From Candidatus Iainarchaeum sp. (GTDB lineage Archaea > Iainarchaeota > Iainarchaeia > Iainarchaeales > CSSED10-239), in assembly GCA_028700905.1 (NCBI GenBank), contig JAQVRT010000003.1, positions 1 to 32,000 of the forward strand: a stretch of DNA of 32,000 nucleotides, given 5' to 3'. Positions 7,076 to 16,370 of this stretch are shown here, piece by piece (position 1 is the stretch's first letter; each line of letters starts with the position of its first letter). The notes under the pieces were generated by a model. It was given only the letters and a program-made list of their open reading frames with translations, was not told the DNA's origin and made no database searches. Both the position numbers and the translations under genes were made by a program.

Positions 7076-7537
7076 TTAACTACATCTAGAGATATATGAT
7101 ACTCTATCAGGACAATTTTTAACATGTGCTTGTACTCTCTTAAGAGGAGTTGCAAGACCTTTAACACCATCAATAGCATTTAAAGTTGAAGCTAAAGACA
7201 TTGCATTACCAGTAAAATTTGGTTCAATTTCAACACTTGCAATCTCATCATCTGAATCAATTATTGTTAAAACAATATTTTGATCAATTTCAACTGTAGA
7301 TCTATCAAATAATATTAAAGTACCAAATCCATCTAAAGAAGTATAAGAACATCCAGAATCTATATATATATTAACATTACTACAATCTATCCATTCTGCA
7401 GAAGTATCTGAAACACTTGTTGTTGTATCTCTGAAATTTTGAGATGACCAGGAATATAATATCCCTGCAAGAGATAAAGCAACAGCAACTAAAAGAATGG
7501 TTGCAATTAATGGAGATAATGCTTTTTTATTTTTCAT
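7076..7537 (-). CDS. archaeal type IV pilin, paralogue 3
   Basis: MKNKKA|LSPLIATILLVAVALSLAGILYSW. Same four-Cys pattern as its paralogues, ending ...NCPDRVSYISRCS. Confidence 0.8.
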   Translation of the reverse strand: MKNKKALSPLIATILLVAVALSLAGILYSWSSQNFRDTTTSVSDTSAEWIDCSNVNIYIDSGCSYTSLDGFGTLILFDRSTVEIDQNIVLTIIDSDDEIASVEIEPNFTGNAMSLASTLNAIDGVKGLATPLKRVQAHVKNCPDRVSYISRCS

Positions 7538-7634
7538 TTTTTTTCATTTTAATATATATATATTTATCTTAAATTATAATAATATATAAACTATAACATA
7601 TATAAACCTATCTTCTTTAAATTACAAATTAAGA

Positions 7635-8486
7635 TTACAAGAAAATTGCTGAAACAATTACATATATAGGAACTGAAACCCCAACAAGAATAATTGAATG
7701 CCGTATCCCTGCAACAAAATTGTTTTCTGAAATCAATCCAATTGTCGGACCTGCAAATAAACCTTGAATAACAATTAAATATAAAAAGTATTTATTGAAA
7801 TTAACATCAGACATTGAAGATGCATTTGTAGCTCCTTCTCCAGTTAATGATACTGTACTACCACTAAGCATTGGCAGAAAAACTATTTGTATAATTAAAA
7901 TAATTGCAATGAAAACAAAAAACATAAAGTAACTTGAAAAAACAGTAGAAAAAGTTTTAGATTTTCTTTCTTCTACCATATCGTTTATTGTTTTTACATA
8001 ATCTGAAATGGATGCAAATATCTTAATAATATTTCCACCAACTTTTGTAGTTTCAGAAATGATTTGTGTAATTTGTGCAAAAACAGTACTATCAATATTT
8101 CCAAAAACATCATTTAAAGCAACATCAAAAGGAACACCAATTTTTATTTGTGCGGCAATTCTTTTAATTGGTTCATTTAAATGACCATAATCGTGTCTTG
8201 ATGCAACTTCAATAGCAGTTACAATATTCATACCACCTTGTAAAAGATCTTTTAGGTCATCTAAAAACACATAAAGATTTCTTTCATAAGACTTTATTCT
8301 TGCAGTGTATATTTTTGCAGCAATACCTATAGCTGCAAGTAAAGGAAAAATTGAAAATACTAAAAACTTAGTGTTCATTAATAATACAAAAAAAACAATA
8401 GAACCTACAGAACCATAAATAACATAATCTACGAAAAACTTTTGTTTTTCTGAAAGTGTTATTCCAAATTCTTTTTTCAAATCCAT
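7635..8486 (-). CDS. FlaJ/TadC-like pilus platform membrane protein (single T2SS-F domain, C-terminal-half type)
   Basis: Two N-terminal TM segments, a cytoplasmic helical domain (LKDLLQGGMNIVTAIEVA...IKIGVPFDVALNDV...TKVGGNI), then C-terminal TM segments. Confidence 0.75.
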   Translation of the reverse strand: MDLKKEFGITLSEKQKFFVDYVIYGSVGSIVFFVLLMNTKFLVFSIFPLLAAIGIAAKIYTARIKSYERNLYVFLDDLKDLLQGGMNIVTAIEVASRHDYGHLNEPIKRIAAQIKIGVPFDVALNDVFGNIDSTVFAQITQIISETTKVGGNIIKIFASISDYVKTINDMVEERKSKTFSTVFSSYFMFFVFIAIILIIQIVFLPMLSGSTVSLTGEGATNASSMSDVNFNKYFLYLIVIQGLFAGPTIGLISENNFVAGIRHSIILVGVSVPIYVIVSAIFL

Positions 8487-8493
8487 ATTTTAT

Positions 8494-9369
8494 CTAACCA
8501 CTAACTAAATTTAAAACAGCTATAAATGAAATATTAATTATTGGAACCATTAAAAATATTCCAATCTGTAATACAGTGTTTATACTTAAACCTGCAACAC
8601 CACCACCAACCATACCTAAAAGCATTATACCAGAAAATAAAAATAATGGTCCTGCAACAACAATAGCAGAATAAATATCACCAAAAGTTTCTGCTTTTTG
8701 ATTTTGATTGTTAAGTAAAAGATTATATTGAAATCTTGCATGCTCTGCTTTTTTTTTCATAAATTCTGGCAAAGATCCACCAGCTTCAATATTTGATTTT
8801 AAATCAAGTAAAAATTTTTTAAGTTCATAAGAAGGAGTTTTTCTTGCAGAAATATCAATTGCTTCCAGAAGAGAAATTCCTAAATTATTTACATAATAAG
8901 TTATTTTTGTAAACTCTTTATCTAAATATTGACTTTTATCCTTTATTGTTTTTGTTGAAAAAATTGCAATTGGAGGTGCACCAGATTCTGCAACACTTGA
9001 CATTCCAATAATTGCTAAAGGTAATGCATTCTTAATACTTGTAACTTTATTTCCAATAATTAAATAAGGATTAAAAACTGCATATCCCACAAATACAATG
9101 AAAATAGATAATGCTAAAATTACAACTAACTTTAAACTTATAATATCTGGAACTAAATTACTTGCAACAGTTCCAAAAATTAATATCATGAAAAGTATAA
9201 ATAATGCAAAAAATAAATTTTTTGAAAAATAAACATCTATATCTACAGTTATGTCTGCTTGACTTAAAGCCTCTTCAAAATCATCTGACTGAATATTTTT
9301 TGTAAAAGGCAAGAATAATCTATATAGTTCTTCTTCAAAACTAATTTTTTCTTTCTTTTTTGGAGCCAT
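8494..9369 (-). CDS. FlaJ/TadC-like pilus platform membrane protein (single T2SS-F domain, N-terminal-half type)
   Basis: ARKTPSYELKKFLLDLKSNIEAGGSLPEFM matches the FlaJ tPS...GG signature. I place the start at MAPKKKEK (ATG at 9369). The 98 extra codons in the ORF track are low-complexity and overlap the divergent 9473 gene. Confidence 0.75.
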   Translation of the reverse strand: MAPKKKEKISFEEELYRLFLPFTKNIQSDDFEEALSQADITVDIDVYFSKNLFFALFILFMILIFGTVASNLVPDIISLKLVVILALSIFIVFVGYAVFNPYLIIGNKVTSIKNALPLAIIGMSSVAESGAPPIAIFSTKTIKDKSQYLDKEFTKITYYVNNLGISLLEAIDISARKTPSYELKKFLLDLKSNIEAGGSLPEFMKKKAEHARFQYNLLLNNQNQKAETFGDIYSAIVVAGPLFLFSGIMLLGMVGGGVAGLSINTVLQIGIFLMVPIINISFIAVLNLVSG

Positions 9370-9472
9370 ATAAAATATATTTATAATTTTTAATAATTTA
9401 TAAGACCATTTTATTTTTATATCTTTCTTTTTAATAGATATTAATAATAGACTTACAAAAATTTGAAAAACA

Positions 9473-10210
9473 ATGATAGATACAGAATTTAATAAAACCT
9501 TAGAAAAAATATTTTCTAAAAATATAGATTCAATGACAATTAATCTAGGGATGCCTAGAAGTAAAATTTTTAGAGATTTTATTAATAATTTTACAAAAGA
9601 ACAAAAAAAAGAAATTATTGAAATAACCTCTAGAGTTTTAAAAGGAAATAATATTGAAAACAAAAGAGAAGTTATAAGAGACCTTTTACTTTTAAATTAT
9701 GGAAAAGTATACCGAAATAAAGATGTGAATAGAAGCATAGTGTCTCAATTAAGAAACCTAGACAAAGGTTTTTTTCTAAAAAATAACACTCAATCATTAA
9801 CTTTTGAACAAACTTGTAATCAAACATATAAAGGTTTTTTAAGATCATTAAAATCTGAAACTTTACAGACTGCAAAAGTAAAAATAGATGGCAAACTTAC
9901 AAGAGTATTTATAAAAGATAGAATTGGAGAATATGGTGGGCTTGAAGGAAGAAATTTATTATTTATAAATCCTCAAACTCTTAATGTATATTCATTTAAA
10001 TCAGACCAAAATGGAAAAATTACAAATTTCTTAAAAAGAATAGACTTTGAGAAAGGAAATATAAAAATAAGCCAAGAAGTTAAACAATATGCATATGCAT
10101 TTAAAAAAGAACTTTATGAAAAAATAAAAGAAAATTATTTTAAAAATAAAAAACCAATATCTTTTAAAAAAACCGTTAAAAAGAAACCCATTATTAATAA
10201 AAAAAAATAA
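9473..10210 (+). CDS. hypothetical basic protein, no family recognised
   Basis: A 245-codon ORF in a roughly 25% G+C genome is unlikely to be chance. Lys-rich C-terminal tail KKPISFKKTVKKKPIINKKK. An alternative start at 9533 (MTINLGMPRSKIFRDF) would give a possible ribbon-helix-helix-like N-terminus (speculative). Confidence 0.55.
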   Translation: MIDTEFNKTLEKIFSKNIDSMTINLGMPRSKIFRDFINNFTKEQKKEIIEITSRVLKGNNIENKREVIRDLLLLNYGKVYRNKDVNRSIVSQLRNLDKGFFLKNNTQSLTFEQTCNQTYKGFLRSLKSETLQTAKVKIDGKLTRVFIKDRIGEYGGLEGRNLLFINPQTLNVYSFKSDQNGKITNFLKRIDFEKGNIKISQEVKQYAYAFKKELYEKIKENYFKNKKPISFKKTVKKKPIINKKK

Positions 10211-11320
10211 TTAAATATTAAACTCAACAACATCTCTATTTTTTAAAACATAATTTTTAGATACTGTTTGACCAGGATATTTTGTAGAACCCCATACTTT
10301 TGCTGATTTTAATTGTTTATAAAAATTTTTGTGAATTAATTTTGCAGCATCTAAAACAGTATTGCCTTTATCAATAACTAAAGGTTCTGTTTTATCTACT
10401 TTTTGTCCAGGTTTTTTAGTAAAGACAATTACACTTTCTAAAATTTCAAAAATTTTTTCAGTAACCTCTTGCTTTTGAGAAAAATCAAAAACAGGCATAT
10501 TTTTATAAAAAGTACTTTTATTAAAAGATTTAGAAAAAGGCATAGAAACAACAATAGCAGATTTAAAAGAAGCTCGAGGATTAATTAAAAGCATTAAATC
10601 ATCTAAATGCGTCTCTTGATTTAAAATTATATTGTGGGCTCTAAATCCAGAAGATTTTAAAATATCTATCGCTTGATCTTTTGGAACTTTTAAAAAATGA
10701 TCATTTACAAATGAAATACCAGAAAATTCACTTTTTGAAATCTGGATATTTGGTTTTTTCTTTGTAATAAAAACATCTTGTTTTTCAAGAATAGAAATCA
10801 AACGTTTTAATTCATCAATTGAACCATCTTTAATAACTAAAACTAATGCATCACAAACTCTAATCATTGAAAAAATTTGAGGAGTTAATTCATGTCTTTC
10901 AAGAAAAGAAGGTAATTCAATTAATTGTATTAAAGCACCACCATAATTTAAAATACCAACTTCTGGTTTTTTTGTAGTATAAGGATATGCAGCAATCAAA
11001 GGTTTAGAATTTGTATATTCTGTTAAAAAAGTACTTTTTCCAGAATTTGCATCTCCAAAAAGAAGTATTTGTCCAGCACCTTCTTTTTTAATATTTATGG
11101 TATTACCAGTTCTCTTTCCCGCAGCAATTGCTTGTTTTTCCATTTTAGATTTTAAAGCAGCAAGTTTTCTTGAAAGATCTTTTCTTAAATTTTCTCCACC
11201 TTTATGGGCAGGAGCACGAGAAATCATTTCTTGTAAAGCAATTATCTTTTCTTCATCATTTCTAGCTTCATCAAATTTTTTTTGAGCTAAAGCAAACTCA
11301 AAAGATACATTTGCAGGCAT
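10211..11320 (-). CDS. DRG/Rbg-like P-loop GTPase with C-terminal TGS domain (degenerate G3/G4)
   Basis: N-terminal helical APAHKGGENLRKDLSRKLAALKSKM, G1 GDANSGKST, G2 YPYTTKKPEVG and C-terminal TGS-like VFTKKPGQ...VLKNRDVVEF. G3 reads ELPS and no NKxD is present at the expected site. Confidence 0.75.
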   Translation of the reverse strand: MPANVSFEFALAQKKFDEARNDEEKIIALQEMISRAPAHKGGENLRKDLSRKLAALKSKMEKQAIAAGKRTGNTINIKKEGAGQILLFGDANSGKSTFLTEYTNSKPLIAAYPYTTKKPEVGILNYGGALIQLIELPSFLERHELTPQIFSMIRVCDALVLVIKDGSIDELKRLISILEKQDVFITKKKPNIQISKSEFSGISFVNDHFLKVPKDQAIDILKSSGFRAHNIILNQETHLDDLMLLINPRASFKSAIVVSMPFSKSFNKSTFYKNMPVFDFSQKQEVTEKIFEILESVIVFTKKPGQKVDKTEPLVIDKGNTVLDAAKLIHKNFYKQLKSAKVWGSTKYPGQTVSKNYVLKNRDVVEFNI

Positions 11321-11910
11321 TACTGATCACTTATTTTTAAAATAATTAATTTTTCAAAAAAGATATTTTTTTCAGAAATAAGTTGGTATTTAAGTTTATT
11401 ATATTTCAATTCAAAATAAATTTCATCAAGATTATTATGAGAAGAAACTAAAAGATAACAAACACCATTCTCTTTTAAAAAATGAGGTAATTGAGAAATA
11501 AATCTTAAAATTATTTCATTACCTTCTCTACCACCATCAGTTGAAAGAACTTCAATTTCTTCTGATGGAACATATGGTGGATTAAAAACAATACAATCAA
11601 ATTTTTCATCTTCAATTGCAGAAAATAAATCAGATTGAATTATTGTTTGATTTTTTAAAGAATATTTTTCTTTAAGTAATTTAAGATGATTTATTACATT
11701 TTCATCAATATCTACAGAGATTATTTTTTTAAAAAAAGGAGATGCTTTTAGAGATATTATTCCAGAACCTGAACCTATCTCTAAAAAAGATTTATCACTT
11801 TTTACAAATTCTTTCTCTAAAGAATCTAACATTAAAAAAGTATCTTCTAAGGGAGGGTAAACCTCTTTTGAAAGATTTAAAAGAAAATCTTTATAATTAA
11901 ATTGAACCAT
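11320..11910 (-). CDS. HemK-related (Mtq2/PrmC-like) SAM-dependent methyltransferase
   Basis: VYPPLEDTFLMLD, SAM motif LEIGSGSGII and the catalytic NPPY motif (IVFNPPYVP). Start placed at MVQFNYKDF (ATG 11910); the upstream 41 codons of the track ORF look spurious. Confidence 0.8.
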   Translation of the reverse strand: MVQFNYKDFLLNLSKEVYPPLEDTFLMLDSLEKEFVKSDKSFLEIGSGSGIISLKASPFFKKIISVDIDENVINHLKLLKEKYSLKNQTIIQSDLFSAIEDEKFDCIVFNPPYVPSEEIEVLSTDGGREGNEIILRFISQLPHFLKENGVCYLLVSSHNNLDEIYFELKYNKLKYQLISEKNIFFEKLIILKISDQ

Positions 11911-11919
11911 ATATAATAT

Positions 11920-12669
11920 ATGCAAACAAACAAATATAAGCATTATCTTGACATGCATTGTCATTATGATCAAATACCAATTCAAGATATCAAACTTAAA
12001 TTTAAAAATGAAACAATAATAGCAATTGCACAATCAACAAACATAGAAGATTATAGAAAATATCTTGAAATTAAGAAGGAAAATATAGAAAATCTTTATT
12101 TTGGATATGGATTATATCCAGACAATGTTTTAAAAAAAGATTTTGAAAAAATAGAAAAAGATCTAGAAGAAATTAATTTTAATGAAGCTTTGGTTATTGG
12201 AGAAATTGGAATGGATAAAAAAATTACAGAAAATCCATTTAATATAGCATTACAAGAAAAATTATTTAGAAAACAAATTGAAATAGCGTCTAGTTTAAAT
12301 AAACCAATTGTAGTACATACAAGGGGAGCTGTTAAAGAAAGTTTAGAAATATTAAAATCATATCCAGAAGTTAAAACAATACTTCATTGGTTTACTGCAG
12401 AAAAAGAAGATATTCAAGAAGCATTATCAAGAGGATATTTTTTAACAGAAAGATTTGCAAAACCAAAAATTGAAAATATAGAATACTATTTAGATCAAAT
12501 TTTTATAGAAACAGATCTTCCTGTTTGGCAAAATGGAAAAGAAACAACAATTGAAAGTATTAAAGAATCATATGATGTTTTTTCTAAAAAATATAATATT
12601 CCTTTAGAAAAAGTTAAAGAAAAAACAATTAATAACTTTTTAAAACTGTTTCCTACAATAGATATCTAA
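11920..12669 (+). CDS. tatD: TatD-family metal-dependent hydrolase
   Basis: YLDMHCHYD (HxH), IGEIGMD, VVHTRGA, ILHWF and FIETDLP motifs. An alternative start at 11953 would truncate the first strand. Confidence 0.8.
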   Translation: MQTNKYKHYLDMHCHYDQIPIQDIKLKFKNETIIAIAQSTNIEDYRKYLEIKKENIENLYFGYGLYPDNVLKKDFEKIEKDLEEINFNEALVIGEIGMDKKITENPFNIALQEKLFRKQIEIASSLNKPIVVHTRGAVKESLEILKSYPEVKTILHWFTAEKEDIQEALSRGYFLTERFAKPKIENIEYYLDQIFIETDLPVWQNGKETTIESIKESYDVFSKKYNIPLEKVKEKTINNFLKLFPTIDI

Positions 12670-12686
12670 AATAGATGTGAATAAAT

Positions 12687-13346
12687 ATGAGTGAAGATTT
12701 TTTTGAATATAAAAGTGAAATTAAACCTAAAAAAACTAGTGAAATTAAAGATATAGTTATAGCATGGCTAGGAATCTCTTTATGTTTTGCATTAGTTTTA
12801 GGAGGATATAATTTATTTAATCTTTCAAACTTTAATAATTTTTCAATAATTACTTTTATATTATTTTTAATAGTTAGTTTAGTTGTAACAGGAACTGCTT
12901 TTATTTTACATGAACTTGCACATAAGTATGCAGGTATATATTATGGTGCAAAAGCAAAATTTGTAAAATGGAATGGACCTTTATATTTTGCAATGATTTT
13001 TGCATTTATTTTTGGTTTTGTTTTTGTAGCTCCAGGAGCAGTATATATCTATGGAAAAAGACTTTCTGTTAAAGAAAATGGAATTACTTCTGCTGTAGGA
13101 CCAATTACAAATATCATCCTTGCAGGAGTTTTCATACTACTTGCAAGCATAATAACAACACAAAGTACAATAATAGCAATGATTCTATCCTTAGGAATAT
13201 TAATTAATTTATGGATATCTTTTTTTAATTTACTACCATTTGGCCCACTTGATGGAAAAGCTATATTTCTATGGAATCCTTTTTTATGGTTTATTTTAAT
13301 GGCAATTTCAATTGGCGGATATTTATTATTTTCAGGAATTATTTAA
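12687..13346 (+). CDS. M50 (site-2 protease family) membrane metalloprotease
   Basis: HELAHK (HExxH) within a TM segment and the distal NLLPFGPLDG motif; polytopic. Confidence 0.8.
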   Translation: MSEDFFEYKSEIKPKKTSEIKDIVIAWLGISLCFALVLGGYNLFNLSNFNNFSIITFILFLIVSLVVTGTAFILHELAHKYAGIYYGAKAKFVKWNGPLYFAMIFAFIFGFVFVAPGAVYIYGKRLSVKENGITSAVGPITNIILAGVFILLASIITTQSTIIAMILSLGILINLWISFFNLLPFGPLDGKAIFLWNPFLWFILMAISIGGYLLFSGII

Positions 13347-15478
13347 TTAACATATTTTGAAATTCCTGAAAGAACTTGGCCTTGTGAAACTTTATTCTTT
13401 AATTTTGAATAAGTCTTTAAGATTGCATCTTTAGTTAATTTAGATTCCTTATATTTATTTTCTTTTAAAGTTAAAAATACAGATTCAGTTATTAAAAGAT
13501 TTAAATCTGCAGGTGAAAAATTAGTTGTAAGATTTACAATTTCATCTAAATCAATTTTATCATGAGGAGTTTTTGATAAAAGAAGAGATAATATTTCTTT
13601 TCTTTCTTTATTTGTAGGTAATTTAAATTCCATAAATTTATCTATTCTTCCACTTCTTAAAAAAGATTTATCAATTATTTCAGGCCTATTTGTGGCACAA
13701 ATAAACAAAACATCTTTTCCATTTAAATTATCAAGCTCAGATAAAAGTTGATCTAAGACTTTTATGTTACCTATAGAGTCATCATGTCTTTGAGTAATAG
13801 AATCAATTTCATCAAAAAATAAAATTGAAGGAGCGACAGATTTAGCTTTTTTAAAAATATGTCTTATTGTTTTTTCTGACTCTCCAACCCATTTATTAAA
13901 AATTTCAGGACCTTTAATATATAAAAAATTAATTCCATGTTCTTTTGCAGTTGCTTTTACAAAAGAAGTTTTTCCAGTTCCTGGAGGGCCATAGATTAAA
14001 ATATTTTTAATAGTTTTAACATTATACTTTTGTAAAAGACTTTTTCTTTCAAGAGAAAGATTAATTATTTCTGAAAGTGTTTCTTTTTGTTCTTTTAATG
14101 CACCTAAGTCAGAATAACTAATGTTTGGAAGATCAACAAATACTTCTCTTAAAGCAGAAGGTTGAACAACTTTTAAACCTTTTTCAAAGTCATCTTTAGA
14201 GATTGCTAAATTTTCTAAAATTTTTGAAGAAACTTCTTTTTTAGGAGAAGAAATATCTGAAATTTTACTTTTAATTGCAAGAATTGCAGCTTCTTTTACT
14301 AAAGCAGAAAGATCTGCACCAACAAAACCATGAGTTACTTGTGCAATTTTTTTTAAATTAACATCTTTTGAAAGAGGAACATTTCTTGTATGTATTTTTA
14401 GAATATCAAGTCTACCTTCTTCATTTGGAACATTAACATCAATCTCTCTATCAAATCTTCCAGGTCTTCTAAGTGCTGGATCAATATCATCTTGTCTGTT
14501 AGTTGCACCAATAACAATTACATCTCCTCTTGAAGAAGTTCCATCCATAAGCGCTAAAAGTTGTGCAACAACACGTTTCTCAACTTCAGAAATAAATCCA
14601 TCTCTTTTAGGAGCAATAGCATCAATTTCATCAATAAATATAATTGCAGGAGTCTTACTTTGTGCTTTCTTAAAAATATTTCTTAATTTTTCTTCAGCTT
14701 CTCCAACAAACTTAGCCATTATCTGTGGAGCATCTATACCAATAAAATTTGCTTTTAATTCATTTGATAAAGCTTTTGCAAGTAAAGTTTTTCCAGTTCC
14801 AGGAGGTCCATATAATAAAATCCCTTTTGGAGGAGTTACATTTAATTTTTCAAAAAATTCAGGATATTTAAAAGGAAGTTCAACCATTTCTCTTATCTTT
14901 TCAATTTCTGGTTTTAATCCTCCAACATCTTCATAACCAATAATTTGTTTAACTTCTTTTTTAGAAGCAGGTTTTTTATTTATTACAAGATTTGTTTCTT
15001 CTGAAAGAATAACTATTTTTGAAGGAGATGTATTTATTACTTCATAAAGATAATTTGAACCAAAAATATTAATCATAACATGATTACCATTTACAAAAGG
15101 CCTACCTAAAAAATTCTTTTTAATAATTAAATCTTGATTTTCAGAAAATAGATTGACTTCTTTTAAAGGTGCAAGGACAATTTCTTTTGCAACAACAGGT
15201 TCAATTTTTTTAATTGTTACAAAATCACCAATAGAAACATTTGCATTTTTTCTGGTATATTGATCCATTCTAATAATGTTTTCTTCACCAGCTTTATTTT
15301 TCTCTGGCCAAACTTGTGCAGCAGTAAAATCATCGCCTTTAATTAGAATAATATCTCCTGAAATTATGTTTAGTTTTTGCTTAACCATAATATCAAGCTT
15401 AACTATATTTTTACCTACAAAATCTTCAGAAGCTTCTTGTACTTTAAGTTTAATTGAGTCTTGTTTTTTTTCAACCAT
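13343..15478 (-). CDS. cdc48: Cdc48/VCP-type AAA+ ATPase (N domain plus D1 plus D2)
   Basis: Two AAA modules, each with GPPGTGKT and DEID ([20 protein letters not shown]). N-terminal double-psi-barrel-like region. 711 aa. The stop shares TTAA with the M50 gene stop. Confidence 0.9.
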   Translation of the reverse strand: MVEKKQDSIKLKVQEASEDFVGKNIVKLDIMVKQKLNIISGDIILIKGDDFTAAQVWPEKNKAGEENIIRMDQYTRKNANVSIGDFVTIKKIEPVVAKEIVLAPLKEVNLFSENQDLIIKKNFLGRPFVNGNHVMINIFGSNYLYEVINTSPSKIVILSEETNLVINKKPASKKEVKQIIGYEDVGGLKPEIEKIREMVELPFKYPEFFEKLNVTPPKGILLYGPPGTGKTLLAKALSNELKANFIGIDAPQIMAKFVGEAEEKLRNIFKKAQSKTPAIIFIDEIDAIAPKRDGFISEVEKRVVAQLLALMDGTSSRGDVIVIGATNRQDDIDPALRRPGRFDREIDVNVPNEEGRLDILKIHTRNVPLSKDVNLKKIAQVTHGFVGADLSALVKEAAILAIKSKISDISSPKKEVSSKILENLAISKDDFEKGLKVVQPSALREVFVDLPNISYSDLGALKEQKETLSEIINLSLERKSLLQKYNVKTIKNILIYGPPGTGKTSFVKATAKEHGINFLYIKGPEIFNKWVGESEKTIRHIFKKAKSVAPSILFFDEIDSITQRHDDSIGNIKVLDQLLSELDNLNGKDVLFICATNRPEIIDKSFLRSGRIDKFMEFKLPTNKERKEILSLLLSKTPHDKIDLDEIVNLTTNFSPADLNLLITESVFLTLKENKYKESKLTKDAILKTYSKLKNKVSQGQVLSGISKYVN

Positions 15479-15558
15479 TAATTATCACTAAAATTAATTT
15501 TTTTTAAAAATAAGTTTAACAAAATAATATATATTTATGAACCAAAGTGTTTTAATAG

Positions 15559-16368
15559 TTATTTAATTAATTCAAAAGAACCTGGTGGGAGTGAAGAATC
15601 AATTTCTTCTTGAGATAAAGAAATTCCTTTTTTTAAATATAAATTTTTAATTTCTTTTGAAACATCTGATTTCTTTAAACTACCTGGAATTAAATAAAAT
15701 TCATCTTTTCTTAAATCTTCTTTATAAGTTAAAAGAATTGGAAAGGGATAAAGACCAAGCTTTGAATCATAAATTAATTTAAGTTTTAAATTTAATTTTT
15801 TATAATAAGTTCTTTTACCTCTTATAACAAAAGCACCAGCCCCCAAAGATTCACCTGTGTTTGCAGTCTTTGAAACTTGATCAGGAGAAACAGAATATAC
15901 TTCTGCAGAAAAAGATTTTGTTTTCCAAGCTGATGAAAAAATTAATGCAAAACATGCTGCTTCAATTTTATCTTCTTCTAAAATTTCTTTTTTTAAATCA
16001 TTTTTTAAAATAACATGTGGTGCACCATGAACATCCGCATGAAAATAAAGATCATTTTCTTTTAAATATTTTTTTATTAAAAAATCATTATTTTTAGTAT
16101 CTTTTCCACCTAAAACTAAAAAACCATTTGTTGTAAAAAAAAATCTAAATTTATGATACCACTCTTTTTTCTTTTCAGTCTTTTTTAAAACATTTATTTT
16201 ATTTTTTTGCTTTTCAAGAATCTTTTTATTTTGGGATTCAATTTTGTTTAAAGTTATGGCTATAGCTTTATTTGCTCCCTCTAATTTAGATTTAAATTTA
16301 TTTCTTTCTAAATATTTATTTTCTGCATTTTTTCCTGCAGACAAAGTATAATTTATTTCAACAGGCAT
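15559..16368 (-). CDS. NFACT-family (Rqc2/RqcH/FbpA-like) protein, C-terminal half only (NFACT-R/DUF814 plus NFACT-C)
   Basis: WYHKFRFFFTTNGFLVLGGKDTKNNDFLIKKY...LYFHADVHGAPHVILK is the DUF814 signature. The protein is 269 aa and begins within the coiled-coil region (NAENKYLERNK). Confidence 0.75.
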   Translation of the reverse strand: MPVEINYTLSAGKNAENKYLERNKFKSKLEGANKAIAITLNKIESQNKKILEKQKNKINVLKKTEKKKEWYHKFRFFFTTNGFLVLGGKDTKNNDFLIKKYLKENDLYFHADVHGAPHVILKNDLKKEILEEDKIEAACFALIFSSAWKTKSFSAEVYSVSPDQVSKTANTGESLGAGAFVIRGKRTYYKKLNLKLKLIYDSKLGLYPFPILLTYKEDLRKDEFYLIPGSLKKSDVSKEIKNLYLKKGISLSQEEIDSSLPPGSFELIK

Positions 16369-16370
16369 TA

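Noticed and set aside
7582-7607. Direct repeat atatataaac x2 (7582-7591 and 7598-7607) upstream of pilin 3.
   Set aside because: It is a short AT-only repeat in a promoter-like region, most simply two TATA-like boxes. There is no evidence for a specific regulatory site.
3043-9388. The 10-mer AATTATAAAT lies 9-23 nt upstream of four pilus-locus starts: 3043-3052 on the plus strand, and 6475-6484, 7056-7065 and 9379-9388 on the minus strand. This could be a locus-specific operator.
   Set aside because: The same 10-mer also occurs inside coding sequence (3809-3818 and 18981-18990, found by eye, so the list may be incomplete). It is simply TATA-box-like in a roughly 75% A+T genome. Its spacing to the ATG is inconsistent (9 to 23 nt), and pilin 3 lacks it. 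It is probably a generic promoter element.
9370-9663. The ORF track extends the flaJ-like gene 98 codons upstream. Similar extensions occur at 11911-12033 (methylase) and 25578-25739 (orc1/cdc6-2).
   Set aside because: The extensions are hydrophobic low-complexity sequence with no counterpart in the respective families, and they run into divergent genes or promoters. Internal ATGs give N-termini that match family consensus.
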